NCBI GenBank assembly: GCA_963727825.1
Contig: CAVSHO010000009.1
Coordinates: 1-64,000, forward strand
Direction of reading: 5' to 3'
From: Ignavibacteriota bacterium
GTDB taxonomy: Bacteria; Bacteroidota; Ignavibacteria; UBA10030
DNA length: 64,000 nt
Below, one piece after another: positions 50,414 to 61,595 of this stretch (position 1 is its first letter; the number at the start of each line of letters is the position of its first letter). Both the position numbers and the translations under genes were made by a program. The notes beneath the pieces were generated by a model that saw only the letters and a list, made by a program, of their open reading frames with translations, had not been told where the DNA came from and did no database searches.

Positions 50414-53400
50414 TTACTTCATGAAAAGTAGTTTCTTCACAGAAGTAAAGTTAGATGATCCATCCTGACTTCGAGCCTCAATTCGATAGAAATAAACACC
50501 GCTGCTCAAATGCGATGGATTCCATTCAACCTGGTACCTATTGGCCACTTGGATACCATCGACAAGATTCGATACAACTCTACCAAGGACATCAAAGACT
50601 ATGAGTTTCACATACGATGCTTTTGGAAGCTCATAACTTATTGTCGTTGAAGGATTGAACGGGTTCGGATAGTTCTGCAGCAACGAGTAATCCTTCGGAA
50701 TTTCAGTAAGCTGTTGTGTTACACCAGTGACGCCGTATCCGGAAACAAAGTGTGATGATGCCGAAAATGCACCTTCACCAGCCACATCAATAGAACTTAC
50801 ATGCCAATAATATATTGTGGCTGCAAGCAATGTATCTTTGATCAAGTACGACGTATCCTGTATAGTAGCATCTTCTACAAGATACGGTTGGGTGAAATTA
50901 TTATTTGTTGCAGCAACCTGGAAATGATACCATATTGCATTTGCAGCTTTGTTCCAAACAAAATTTGTCCTTCTCGGTTCTGCAGAAGTGTTTTTCGGAG
51001 ATACACAAATAGGTGGACTGGCTAATTCGATCACAGTCGTGAATGAATCTACTGGAGTGAATGCACTCCATCCAGCTTGGTTGCCCACTTGTACCATCCA
51101 ATAATATCTCGATCTGTTTGAGAGACCCGTAAGCGTAAGAGTCGGGTTTTGCCTTGATGTATCAGATCTGAATTCTTTCCCACCATTTACGTATGTCCAT
51201 GTCTGGAACACATACATACTATCTGCATCCACTTTTTGAACTTTGAAGACCAACGTATCGGCACGTGTATCTGCCTGATTATGCGTAGGATACAGAAGCA
51301 TTGTAGCCAGCGGGAGATACTGGATCGTAAACGAATCTACCGATGAAAATGCAGAAGCACCGGCTGCATTCCAACCACGCACACGCCAATAATACATCCT
51401 GCCAGGTGTTAAAGCACTCATTACCTTGAATGTATCGATCACAGTGGTTGAATCATTGAATAGAAGTGCCTTTGTAATTTTATTAGCAGCAATTGTAGCA
51501 GTATCTCTTGTTATAAATACATTCATCGTATCCAACTGGAAATTATATATATATGCTTCCGGTGTGCTGCTGCAAACCAATTTCGGTGTGATGGATAAGT
51601 GTAATTGGTTCGTTGTTGGTGAAAGTTTTTTCGGTACCGTTGTCGCAGGTGTCATGTTTGTCCGGAAGCTATCGACAGCAGAATATACGGTAACGAAACT
51701 ACCGCTCGCTGCTTTAACATTCCAGTATAATTTAGACGCAAGAGGAACTTTCACAACTTTAAATGTGTCAGTTACTGATGTGAAAGACTGTAAAATTGTT
51801 GACATCGCTTTGTTTGTACCAATTTGAACTGTATACTGGATGGGTACTGTTCCACCTGTCACTTTGTTCCACTTCAGAGTGTTACTAGAAGTTAAGACTG
51901 TATCTCCTGCCGTCCAGGACGGCCGCGAAGTTGTAGGTGCTGCCACGACAAGCGATCCTTCATAAAGTGTCGTATAACTATTAACTGTAAAAGCAGAACC
52001 AGCCCATGTTTGTTTTACTCCATCAGGCCACGTTGCTGAAACGCTATCAACAGCTGTCGCAGTGCCGAGACCGAAGTTTGCCCATAGATCTCCGCCAATA
52101 CCTTCAGAGCCGGCATCTGCTCTAATGTAGCGGATTTGCTTTACACCTCCAGCATACACTGTAAACCTTGCTCCAATAGCCGATACGTTATGACCTATGC
52201 CGACAGGTCTGAAGCCAATCCATTTGTTAGTGTTAGTGCCGGCGTTGTTCTTCAGCAAATCAATAGTGCCACCTGTATAAGAGAAAATATCGAGCCAGCC
52301 GTCGTTGTTGTAATCAACAAAGGCTCCGCCGCGCATTCCTAGGGCTACCCCAGTCAAACCATCGGTAGCTGTTACATTAGTGAAAGTGCCGTCGCCATTG
52401 TTTCTTAGCAGAGTGTTCGTTCCGTCGACGGTTAATATGTCTAACTTTCCGTCATTATTGTAATCACCCGCGGCCCATGAACGTATATAAGTATTTACAG
52501 GCAATCCGTTAGTTGCAACGATGGGTTTGGTAACATCATACTTATATGTGAATGTGCCGTCACCCTTTCCATAGATAATAACAACATTCCTTAAAGCTCC
52601 ATAGCCATCGAAGTTATTTGCACCATTCGAAGCAAATAATATATCCAAGTTGCCATCATTGTTAAAATCACCGACTACATGTGCGAGACCTTCAAAGTGG
52701 CGCACTGTATCGTCGACAATAATTCCCGTATCGACCTTAGTGCCGGCATATATAGTTCCGAGTCCAATTGTTGAGATAGAATCAATCTCATAGATTGTGC
52801 GCTTAAGCGTTGCTGCGGTCGGAACAAAGAATTTGCCGGTTCCATCATTTATGAACAGGACACTTCCTTCTCTAGACCCAGATGTTGTGCCATCGTAAAA
52901 CTTCGAAAACCCATTTCGGTAACTCGGCATCAATAAATCGGGATAACTGTCATTATTCGCATCGAAGAACGATACATTCCAAGCTTCATACGTAAGGTTT
53001 TCATCTATACTCGGAGAGGCTGCACCTCTTCCCATATTGGTAAAGCCGTTTGAGCCTCCTTTAAGCAGCCATATACCACCGCCAGGTGTTGAGTTGGTGC
53101 TGTTCCCGGCAATCGGACTCCCAGTCGCAGTTCCAGGCCAAGCAAGGCTCAAGTAACCACTGTGGTCGATATCTGCTGCCGAAATTCCACCGAAACTAGT
53201 GGTATTAGCTCCCGCGGTCGCAAGGTCGCCAGTTCCGGTCATTGGTGTAAATGATGTACCACCATTATTGATATATAGAAGCGTGACGTTGCTAGTCTGA
53301 GCCATCTCAAACACATCAGGCTTCCCGTCGCCGTTAAAATCGGCAAACGCCATGGCGCATGCGTCTACTCCTGCTGGAAGATTCGCGGACGTTAACTGAG

Positions 53401-53620
53401 AAAAAGCTGTAATCGAGTTTAACATTAAGTTATTTGAACGGAAAAGGACATCCAGAGTATTGTTTCCATCCACATCTCCCCATGTGAAGCCGCTGTTGCT
53501 TCCGGCATTCGGTATAGCAATTACCGGACCGGGAGCGTACGTCACTTCCTGTGCCATGAGAGTACCTATCCCTAATAAGAAAAGTACTCCGCACATAGAT
53601 GCGCGGATAAAAGTTTTCAT
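50414..53620 (-). CDS. FG-GAP/VCBS beta-propeller + ASPIC/UnbV + Fn3-like repeats + T9SS CTD (CRTAC1-like)
   Basis: Repeated DFNGDGKPD / DYNNDGWLD motifs, SAIGARFTV..FGLG...VD...WPDG, YYWRVRG modules and QNYPNPFNP. Confidence 0.88.
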   Translation of the reverse strand: MKTFIRASMCGVLFLLGIGTLMAQEVTYAPGPVIAIPNAGSNSGFTWGDVDGNNTLDVLFRSNNLMLNSITAFSQLTSANLPAGVDACAMAFADFNGDGKPDVFEMAQTSNVTLLYINNGGTSFTPMTGTGDLATAGANTTSFGGISAADIDHSGYLSLAWPGTATGSPIAGNSTNSTPGGGIWLLKGGSNGFTNMGRGAASPSIDENLTYEAWNVSFFDANNDSYPDLLMPSYRNGFSKFYDGTTSGSREGSVLFINDGTGKFFVPTAATLKRTIYEIDSISTIGLGTIYAGTKVDTGIIVDDTVRHFEGLAHVVGDFNNDGNLDILFASNGANNFDGYGALRNVVIIYGKGDGTFTYKYDVTKPIVATNGLPVNTYIRSWAAGDYNNDGKLDILTVDGTNTLLRNNGDGTFTNVTATDGLTGVALGMRGGAFVDYNNDGWLDIFSYTGGTIDLLKNNAGTNTNKWIGFRPVGIGHNVSAIGARFTVYAGGVKQIRYIRADAGSEGIGGDLWANFGLGTATAVDSVSATWPDGVKQTWAGSAFTVNSYTTLYEGSLVVAAPTTSRPSWTAGDTVLTSSNTLKWNKVTGGTVPIQYTVQIGTNKAMSTILQSFTSVTDTFKVVKVPLASKLYWNVKAASGSFVTVYSAVDSFRTNMTPATTVPKKLSPTTNQLHLSITPKLVCSSTPEAYIYNFQLDTMNVFITRDTATIAANKITKALLFNDSTTVIDTFKVMSALTPGRMYYWRVRGWNAAGASAFSSVDSFTIQYLPLATMLLYPTHNQADTRADTLVFKVQKVDADSMYVFQTWTYVNGGKEFRSDTSRQNPTLTLTGLSNRSRYYWMVQVGNQAGWSAFTPVDSFTTVIELASPPICVSPKNTSAEPRRTNFVWNKAANAIWYHFQVAATNNNFTQPYLVEDATIQDTSYLIKDTLLAATIYYWHVSSIDVAGEGAFSASSHFVSGYGVTGVTQQLTEIPKDYSLLQNYPNPFNPSTTISYELPKASYVKLIVFDVLGRVVSNLVDGIQVANRYQVEWNPSHLSSGVYFYRIEARSQDGSSNFTSVKKLLFMK

Positions 53621-53762
53621 GTTTCCTCCAAGATTTATTATTGTTGAATAGTTAATTAACTAATTTCATAATAATAGCACACACCTAATGAGGGTAATCC
53701 AAAATTACTATCATTAAAAACATTTGTCTTGACCGTTGAATCTCATTTTGAATTAAACCACC

Positions 53763-53941
53763 TCCTTCAATACTCATAATCTGTCGTTACACAATACACT
53801 CGTTGGGCCAGCTACGGAGATCCGTAGAAAGGACCTCCGATCGGGACGAAAAGAATTCAATTAGAAATACTACTTCATGAGAACCAATTTCTTAGTGTCA
53901 GAAAAACTTCCAGATTGCAGCCGATAGAAATATACGCCGCT
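53763..53941 (-). repeat. Second copy of the CTD-end / 3' UTR repeat
   Basis: Matches 34330-34509. Confidence 0.9.
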
Positions 53942-55594
53942 TGTAAGTCCAGTGCCGTTAAATGTAGCAATGTGTGTCCCGGCTTGTTGCACACCATTAA
54001 AGAGTGTCGCTACTTCCTCACCAAGAAGATTGTACACTTTCAGTGATACATAACCTCTCTCCGGAACCGAGTACTCGATCTGAGTAGTTGGGTTGAATGG
54101 ATTAGGATAGTTCTGACTAAGCTCATATTTTGCAGGAATACTACTTGACTGCTCCTTCACACCGGTAGTAATACCTTTTGTAAGCCATCCGTAAATAGTA
54201 TTATTTTCCGCCTGCTCTTGCGCTTTCCATGCAGTATATTGCGTTGGCCACCAGTGATACAGGTCTCCTAATGGGAAACCACTCATTCCAGCCGTCTTCA
54301 ATCTAGTGTTGGTGTACGATAGGTCTTCATCCATAGGCCATGAAGCAGCCTCATCTGATACAATATCGTAAGACCAGTCAATATTATCACCAGTTGACCA
54401 TCTACCCAACAAAAAAGTCTTGATGGCGTCCGTGTTGGTCGGAGGAAACTTTAAGCCCGGGTCTACAGATTGAATGAGTGTAGAAGTATCCATAGAGAGG
54501 TATGGCCATGTTGACTTTGTACTAAAGAGGCGCCTCGTATTTGTGCTTATCATAGGCATCGGTTTCGGTTTGAGATTGTCGGCAACGGTGGGATCAATGC
54601 TGAAAGGATTATTTGCCATATAATCCGTAAGCCATTTCTCTAAATAATAGGCGGTGTGAGTGAAAACTATATGGCGTTGACTTTCCGTAAATGGGAATGC
54701 TATGCCCGGTATTGAAAGAGTATCAACGTTTATTGTACCGCCGCTGGGGAAATTAACATCTTCTTCCCGGTTTGCGACTACATCTCCATACATCCATGTA
54801 TTCACAAAAAGGCAGTTATTAACATTAAACCAATACCAATACCCTGATTTAATTGGATACATCATAGTATTAAGAAAAGTAACGTGATTAAACCAAACAT
54901 GATCCATATACTCAGGAGTCTCTTGCATAATACCATATCCAATGTTTGCGAAAGTGCAATTCACGAAAGAAACACTATCGTTATGCCACGTTGTGCTTTG
55001 AAAAGGAAATGAAAGAGCCCTGCCGTAGTATCGCAAGTGCTGGTCAATGCAATTTCGGAAATAACAATTTTTGAATGTTGCGGTTAAATGAGTACTTCTT
55101 TCCTCTACACATGTATAAGAATAATCAAAGATAACATCTTCGAAGTTGGCGATATTTTTATTGCGCGTGCTGTCATTATCAATTTCAAGATGATCACTCA
55201 ATTGCGCAGGGGTCGTGTTTGCATATAACAACCAGACATTCTTCAAAGAAATATCACCAAAGACATCGAAATTATAGTTCCAAGTTACACCGCCTCCGGC
55301 AAGCGACATTATTATAGGAAGTGCTGTGGCCGCTGTTGTACCAGGATCCGGTGCAGTGATCGTGAGCAATGTCCCGGCTGGAGTGGTTATCGGTCCAGTA
55401 AGAAGGTAATATCCTGCAGCATCCAATTGGAAAACTGTATTGGAGAGAGTTTTGCTGTTAATAGCGGCTTGGATTGCATTATTTAGATTCCCTCCACTAG
55501 GGCCGTCGCTGGGAACTTTCACGATTGTCTGCCCGTATAGCGACATAGAAAAAACAATCGCAATACAAAGAAAAACATAAATACAATTCTTCAT
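53870..55594 (-). CDS. T9SS-sorted TBDR-partner protein (paralog of 43938-45708)
   Basis: Signal peptide, FKNCYFRN / FVNCTFAN / NNCLFVN strands, WPMDEDLSY..GFPLGDLYHWWP and QNYPNPFNP. Confidence 0.85.
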   Translation of the reverse strand: MKNCIYVFLCIAIVFSMSLYGQTIVKVPSDGPSGGNLNNAIQAAINSKTLSNTVFQLDAAGYYLLTGPITTPAGTLLTITAPDPGTTAATALPIIMSLAGGGVTWNYNFDVFGDISLKNVWLLYANTTPAQLSDHLEIDNDSTRNKNIANFEDVIFDYSYTCVEERSTHLTATFKNCYFRNCIDQHLRYYGRALSFPFQSTTWHNDSVSFVNCTFANIGYGIMQETPEYMDHVWFNHVTFLNTMMYPIKSGYWYWFNVNNCLFVNTWMYGDVVANREEDVNFPSGGTINVDTLSIPGIAFPFTESQRHIVFTHTAYYLEKWLTDYMANNPFSIDPTVADNLKPKPMPMISTNTRRLFSTKSTWPYLSMDTSTLIQSVDPGLKFPPTNTDAIKTFLLGRWSTGDNIDWSYDIVSDEAASWPMDEDLSYTNTRLKTAGMSGFPLGDLYHWWPTQYTAWKAQEQAENNTIYGWLTKGITTGVKEQSSSIPAKYELSQNYPNPFNPTTQIEYSVPERGYVSLKVYNLLGEEVATLFNGVQQAGTHIATFNGTGLTSGVYFYRLQSGSFSDTKKLVLMK

Positions 55595-55666
55595 GTTATA
55601 TCTCCTTTATAATTTTAAAAGTTAGGTTTACTAAAATTACATGCGTTTTCATTTGGCTAATATTAT

Positions 55667-58600
55667 CTATAATGTGTATCTAATTCCCAGATTTGCAATC
55701 AAACCGTAATTATTTTCAGAAGTGAAACCGCCGATAGTTTGTTGAGTTGAAATATTATTAGCATTGTTGATGTTTTTTATGTCGAGAAACAATTGAAGGC
55801 CAGTCCATGGCAACATTTGCCTGATTGAAGCATCAACTCGATAATAGTTTTTAGTAAAACCATCTGTCTCGCTATAGTTTCCGATACCAGTTACAGAATT
55901 CCCCTGGAAGAGGAATGATACTCTTCCAGAAAATCCCTTATAGTCGTAACCAATGGAAGCGTTCAATAAATCATTCGGCTGGTTAATCAAGCGGTCGACC
56001 CGTGAACTATCAATTAATACGCTGGCGAATCTTGATTGACCTGGACCTGGATAGTTTGGATTGACAATCGTTCTAATAAAAATGAACGGATATGTCGATT
56101 CCGAATGAATATGTGTATAGTTGATAGTGAGAACCACACCATTTAATGGCGCCGGTAAATACCAGAACCTCGTTTGAAAATCTGCTTCAATACCTTTCAC
56201 ATAAGAGTCGTAGGGAGTATTTATGTAAGTAGATACAGTCGCTCCGGCCTTTGGTGTAGGAAAGAATGATGCCGGTACAAAAAAATCCAGCGGGATTATT
56301 CGATAACAATTGGTATGATGTACCATAAGAAAAGTTTGATATAGTCTTATAAAATCCTCCTATGGATAGAAGACCTAAATCGTTGCTATGAAAAGTAATC
56401 ATAAGATCGTGGTTATATGATTGTGCAGGTTTAAGATTCGGATTCCCCGCAGTTACATTGGTATTAATATCCATAGTATAATGCGGTGTAAGTTGGGTAT
56501 AGGACGGTCGCGAGAGTGTTTGACCATAGGAATAACGTATATCACTCCAATCAGCTAGGTTGTACTTTGCCTGCACCATCGGAAGCAAGTAATGATTCTT
56601 TGGATAAACTGTGGTATCACTATAATTCTGAACAAGTGGATTCCGTTTATCATCCAAGTTATATGCAAAATATGACATGTTGTCTTCTTCGTAGCGTGCA
56701 CCGCCAATTATTGTAAGTGCCTGACCTAGGTCCAACTCTGCCATCAAGTATGTGGCATAATAATTTTCAACATAGTCATAGTCATTGGTCAAGGTCTGAT
56801 AATATCCATCTTGCCATCCACCATTTTGGTTTCCGCTAAATCTAGGATCGGTCGATAGCAATTGAGTTATTGCATTCAACACATTTGGATCAGGCGCCCA
56901 AAAAATTTGCCCAAATTTGCCGCCTAAAAAGCTGTTTAAAAGTTTTGAATTTGTCGAAGAAAAATTAGATCCCATGAAACGGTTTGTTGTAGTGTTAAAT
57001 ACTAATTGCGGAAAACTTCTCAGGACATTCGCCACCATTGAATCATTAACAGCTCCATTGCCTTTAGATAAATTAGTATATGGTGTATTCTGATCAAGGG
57101 AATTATCTGTGTGGTCATACTCGCCACCAATTTTAATGTAACCTGAGAAAGCCGGCAATCTGAATGGAAATTTGAAGTCGCTCTTATATGTTTGATTGAC
57201 CTCCTTATAATCGGAAAAGAATAAATTGAGTGTATTCAAGCCAGCCTGGTTTGCACCTAAAAAATTTACCAGTTGAATGCAACTATCCGGAATTGTATTA
57301 TCCGGGGCCTTCGTGACCCCTGATGTTTGCGAGAAATCGTAAACATGGGAGTTCGGAGAATTATTTCGGGAATATGAATTAGCAACTTTCAAATTTGCCA
57401 ACATAAACCCAAAATCGTTTTGCAATTCTAAAGAATTCACTGCAAGATCAGTATTACTATTTCCATCGCTGTAAGTAAAGTCGAGAGATTTTCCATCAAA
57501 GTTCTCTGATGTTCGATAATCCTGAGTAATCGAATTCAATCTGCTGAACATATTGACAGATTTAATAAAACCAGAGGGCAATGTGTAGTCAAGAATTACG
57601 TTTCCCCCATAACGCTTTCTGGTTTCTATATGGCGATCGAGCGATATACTTTGTACATCAACAGGCCTATATCCATTTGCACCAATAACTGTGTTGGTAG
57701 TTGCGTAGCTAGCACTCATATTATCTGAGTTGCGATCGTATTTTTCATCGTTTGCATTAACATAGATACCGAGGTGGTCGTCGAAGAAACGATCGCTAAG
57801 AGAAGCATATGCTCTATAATTGCCATAATTGTCAGTCTTATCCGTATAACCGGATTGCCACAGAAAATCACCATGAAGTCCGGATGGAGCTTCCCGTAAA
57901 TTCATATTAACATAACCGCCAAGGGCATCTGCATTCATATCCGGAGTCAGCGTTTTATAGACCTCGATCGATTGAATCATATAAGGAGTTATCATAGTAA
58001 GGTCGACGCTTCTGTCAACATTCGCTGAGCCGGCTGTTCCACCTTGAGAAGACGTGCCCATCTGAGTGCTTCCTGTTGCCGCGAGTGAAATTCCACCAAT
58101 AGCGACCGTATTGTATTGCGGGGCTAATCCTCTGATCACTATTTTATTGTCTTCACCTGAACTTTGAAGAGTTGAAACGCCCGGCAGACGACCTATTGCT
58201 GATGCCGCATTGAAATCCGGCAACTCCTGAATCCTCGCTTCTGAAACAACGCTGACGATTTTATCCGAAGAAACCTGCTGGTTGATTGCCTGCACTTGAC
58301 CGCGTGCTTGTGCAGTGACAACGACTTCCTCACCAACTATTGCCTGGGCAGTTAAACGGAATTCTTCTTCCAACGTCTCATCTTTTTTGACTGTAATCTC
58401 ACGCATTATTGGAACATAGCCGATGCAGGAGACTTTCACGTTCCATTTGCCGACCGGGATCAACTTTATCTGGTAGTTTCCATCTACATCTGCGGCAATA
58501 CCTAAACTCGTATTTTGAATTATGACATTGGCACCGATTAGAGGTTCTCCATTTGTCTTGTCAAGAACGCTTCCTTTTACAGTGCCAGATCCTGTAGCTT

Positions 58601-59003
58601 GATTATTGGGCTTTTCCTCTTGCGTCAAAATAAGAAGACCACTTTCTGTTACTGAATATTGGATTTCCATATCCTGAAGTATTTGATCAAGCGCCTCAGA
58701 CAATGTCGCTACCTCAAGAGTGAGATTGATTTTTTTGTTCGTCTTAATTAAATCATAATCCAACACGGGTCTGAGATGAACCGCTACAGCAACTTTTTTT
58801 ATAGCGCTAATCACCGGCTCATTCACTAACCTGATTGAAATAGGTCCATACACCGTTGGTGAGATTGGTGGAGTAGGTTTATTTACAGTTTTTGATATAT
58901 TTGCCTGAACTTGCTCAGGAATTTCCTCTTGGGCTAGTACTAATTGGTAAGAAATCACAATTACAAAGAATGCTATCACCCACACCTTAGAACAATAATT
59001 CAT
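55667..59003 (-). CDS. TonB-dependent transducer with N-terminal STN signalling domain (frameshift in a 7-nt homopolymer near 56280)
   Basis: STN-like segment KKINLTLEVATLSEALDQIL..IQY, then AQARGQVQAINQQ, ELPDFNAASAIGRLPGVS and C-terminal LGIRYTL. Confidence 0.9.
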
Positions 59004-59123
59004 ACATATTCTCCTTAATTGAAAAAGTTCATAACTAATTTTAAACTTAGTACGTCATTCGTTAAAGAGGGTAACAAAGCAATGATGTACGCTGACTACC
59101 ATGTACTCGTAATAATTGGGCAA

Positions 59124-60224
59124 TTAAGAATTTTGATGAAGATATAATGACACAATTTTCCCACGTTGCTTATAGTGGAATCGGATAGATAAAGAAAGCG
59201 ACTTTATAATTTGAGATAACGATTCATTGCTGTACGTTGCCATGATATGTCGATTTAACAGGCTTGAATCAAGAACTTCAAACTCTACATCAAACTTACG
59301 CGAAAGTTGTTTGATCACTTCCGCTAACGTCGCATTTTCAAAGACCATCTGGTTCTTCAGCCATGCAAGATACTTATCGGTCCTGATCACCTCTGCTGTG
59401 GAAGGGGCCCCTCCTTTAATCACACGGCTTATCTGATTGCGATGCAGCAATACTTCGTTTTGTTGTTTAGCTCCTCCAAATGCAACTTGTCCTTCGGATA
59501 CAACTACCTGCGTTTTATTATCTTCTGAATATGATGTCACATTAAATACAGTTCCGAGCACTCGTATATTTGCATCAACCGTGTGCACGATAAACGGAGA
59601 GGTCTCACTATGGGTTACCTCAAAGAATGCCTCCCCATCTAAAAAGATTTCACGCTTTTCTTTGGCAAATACAATGGGGAACCGAATTTTGGTTGCAGAA
59701 TTTAAACGGATGCTTGTGCCATCACCCAGGAGAAGTGTAGACCTCTCGCCTTTTTGCGTACAATATTCCTGATATGTCGATTGGTATGCTAACTCTCTCT
59801 TTTCTTGAAGCTTCTTAAAATAAACAGCCGTCCCTATTGACCCGCCAAGAATCAATAATGCAATCATCGCGAGCCTAAAAACATATTGTACCGGCGATTT
59901 GCTTATACCAAAACACCATTGCATTACTACACGAATTGGCCATAGAACGATGTTCACATCCGGTCTTGGCTTAACTTCATCAGGCGATTCGGCTTGAGAC
60001 AGAGTTATGCCTGCCTTGAATGCGAATTTATCCCAAAGCTCATCTTCATCCCACTGTGTGAGTTCGAGTCGTGATTCGTGAAGTATTTGTTCCAATGTCC
60101 GCATGAGTTGTTTATTCGTGACGTCATTCTTTAGCCATCGTTCTATTTTCTGTTTTTCTTTTTCTGTCGCTTCGCCTAAAATGAACCTGATTAAAAGGCG
60201 TAAGGTTTGTGGATTCTTGCTCAT
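59124..60224 (-). CDS. FecR-family anti-sigma factor
   Basis: GEATEKEKQKIERWL, a TM helix, LGDGTSIRLNS, LDGEAFFEV, VLGTVFNV and AW...MVFEN. Confidence 0.93.
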   Translation of the reverse strand: MSKNPQTLRLLIRFILGEATEKEKQKIERWLKNDVTNKQLMRTLEQILHESRLELTQWDEDELWDKFAFKAGITLSQAESPDEVKPRPDVNIVLWPIRVVMQWCFGISKSPVQYVFRLAMIALLILGGSIGTAVYFKKLQEKRELAYQSTYQEYCTQKGERSTLLLGDGTSIRLNSATKIRFPIVFAKEKREIFLDGEAFFEVTHSETSPFIVHTVDANIRVLGTVFNVTSYSEDNKTQVVVSEGQVAFGGAKQQNEVLLHRNQISRVIKGGAPSTAEVIRTDKYLAWLKNQMVFENATLAEVIKQLSRKFDVEFEVLDSSLLNRHIMATYSNESLSQIIKSLSLSIRFHYKQRGKIVSLYLHQNS

Positions 60225-60269
60225 AAATTGACCTTTGCTTATTATTAAAGAATTGGACTATTACTTACT

Positions 60270-60302
60270 ACAATAAGACAATTGAACTTGAAGAACTCCC
60301 TA
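60270..60302 (-). promoter_or_regulatory. Candidate ECF-sigma promoter upstream of fecR
   Basis: TAGGG-N17-TGTCTTA on the minus strand resembles the motif often seen between Bacteroidota ECF sigma and fecR genes (recalled pattern, not tested). Confidence 0.45.
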
Positions 60303-60327
60303 TGGAGATGGATCTACAATGTGAGAT

Positions 60328-60894
60328 TTATTGAAGGCGGAGGGTAGACCGGAGACTCTTTACTGCATTAACCATATGTGCATCGACTGTTTTAACAGAT
60401 ATTTCAAGTATTTCTGCTATTTCAGCATATTTCATATTAAAATATCTGCTTAAAATAAAAACGATCCTACAGCGTTCGGGTATTTTTTCCAGCGCATGTG
60501 TTAGTAAGACATCTGATTCTTGTTGTACAGCGATCTCGTGAGGGGTAGCTGTCGGCAGCGAAAACAACCTCGAATATGTGTCTATACTGTTTCGATGGAT
60601 TGTTTGATGTTTTAAAAAGTTCAAGGAAAGATTACGCACGGAAGTAAAAAGATACGTCTTTAGGCATCCATCGATATTAATTGAGCCTCTACGTTCCCAG
60701 AGAATAAGAAAAACATTCTGTACAATATCTTCAGCTGTATCAAAGGATTTTACATAATATGCAGCAAATGTGCAAAGTTCTTTCACGTAGGACCGATATA
60801 TTTTTTCAAACGCAGATATATCACCCTTAAGTGCTTTTTCTAAAAGGTGCTTTTCCTCTTTATTCGTTAACAGTATTTTTTGTACTGAATGCAT
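60328..60894 (-). CDS. ECF sigma-70 factor (Bacteroidota expansion type)
   Basis: AFEKIY, AEDIVQNVF..LW, YLFTSVRN and CRIVFILSR..MKYAEIAEILEISVKTVD. Confidence 0.93.
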   Translation of the reverse strand: MHSVQKILLTNKEEKHLLEKALKGDISAFEKIYRSYVKELCTFAAYYVKSFDTAEDIVQNVFLILWERRGSINIDGCLKTYLFTSVRNLSLNFLKHQTIHRNSIDTYSRLFSLPTATPHEIAVQQESDVLLTHALEKIPERCRIVFILSRYFNMKYAEIAEILEISVKTVDAHMVNAVKSLRSTLRLQ

Positions 60895-61516
60895 ACTGGT
60901 TATGGTTAGGGGGAAAATATGTTGTGCTCCAATATTTAAGCGATGAACTATACCTTATGAATGTAAGATAAATGTATTCTGCTCATTCCGCAATTTGATA
61001 ATATGATATTCCATCAAAAATATTTTTAGCTAATGCATTGATGGAAGGACAAAAGTCGATTATGAATCTGTCCTCTTTGAGGTATTAATATTCCTTCTAT
61101 TTTGCTATGGAACAATTATTTACATTACTGAAGTTTGAGATGGCTTTATCCTCAATAATGTACGAAAAACATCGCAACCCCTTAGATCATTTTTATCAAA
61201 TCGTTATAATATTGTTATACGTTTGCTTTCTGATTTGGTGAAGGCTGGATTCGTTCTTTCGTCGATGCAAACGCCATTAAAGAGAATAATGGCAAGAAAG
61301 GAAAAAATAGCATCGAATAATGCAGGTCAGAATATCGCTGGTGCTACAATTCATCAGGTTAATGGGGCTCCTGACGGCTCAGTTAAACTTGGAAGGACGA
61401 ACCCGATTTGTTCAGCGTCGTTTGAGACTGGAACCATGTGTCGTTGATATCGTACTCAAGTTACAAAATCAACTTACCCATCTGTCATTTTTTAAACCAA
61501 GAATTGCAATGAGAGG

Positions 61517-61545
61517 TAAGTGCGTACGCTAAACGTACGCACTTA
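61517..61545. terminator. Hairpin downstream of the GPH transporter
   Basis: TAAGTGCGTACG-CTAAA-CGTACGCACTTA. Confidence 0.6.
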
Positions 61546-61595
61546 AAGGCCATTCGTAAAATTCAGGATATCATTTGCAACACTGTTCACTATCT

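Noticed and set aside
34330-53941. Diversity-generating retroelement TR/VR pair
   Set aside because: No reverse transcriptase is present, the differences are not adenine-specific, and most of the repeat is non-coding.
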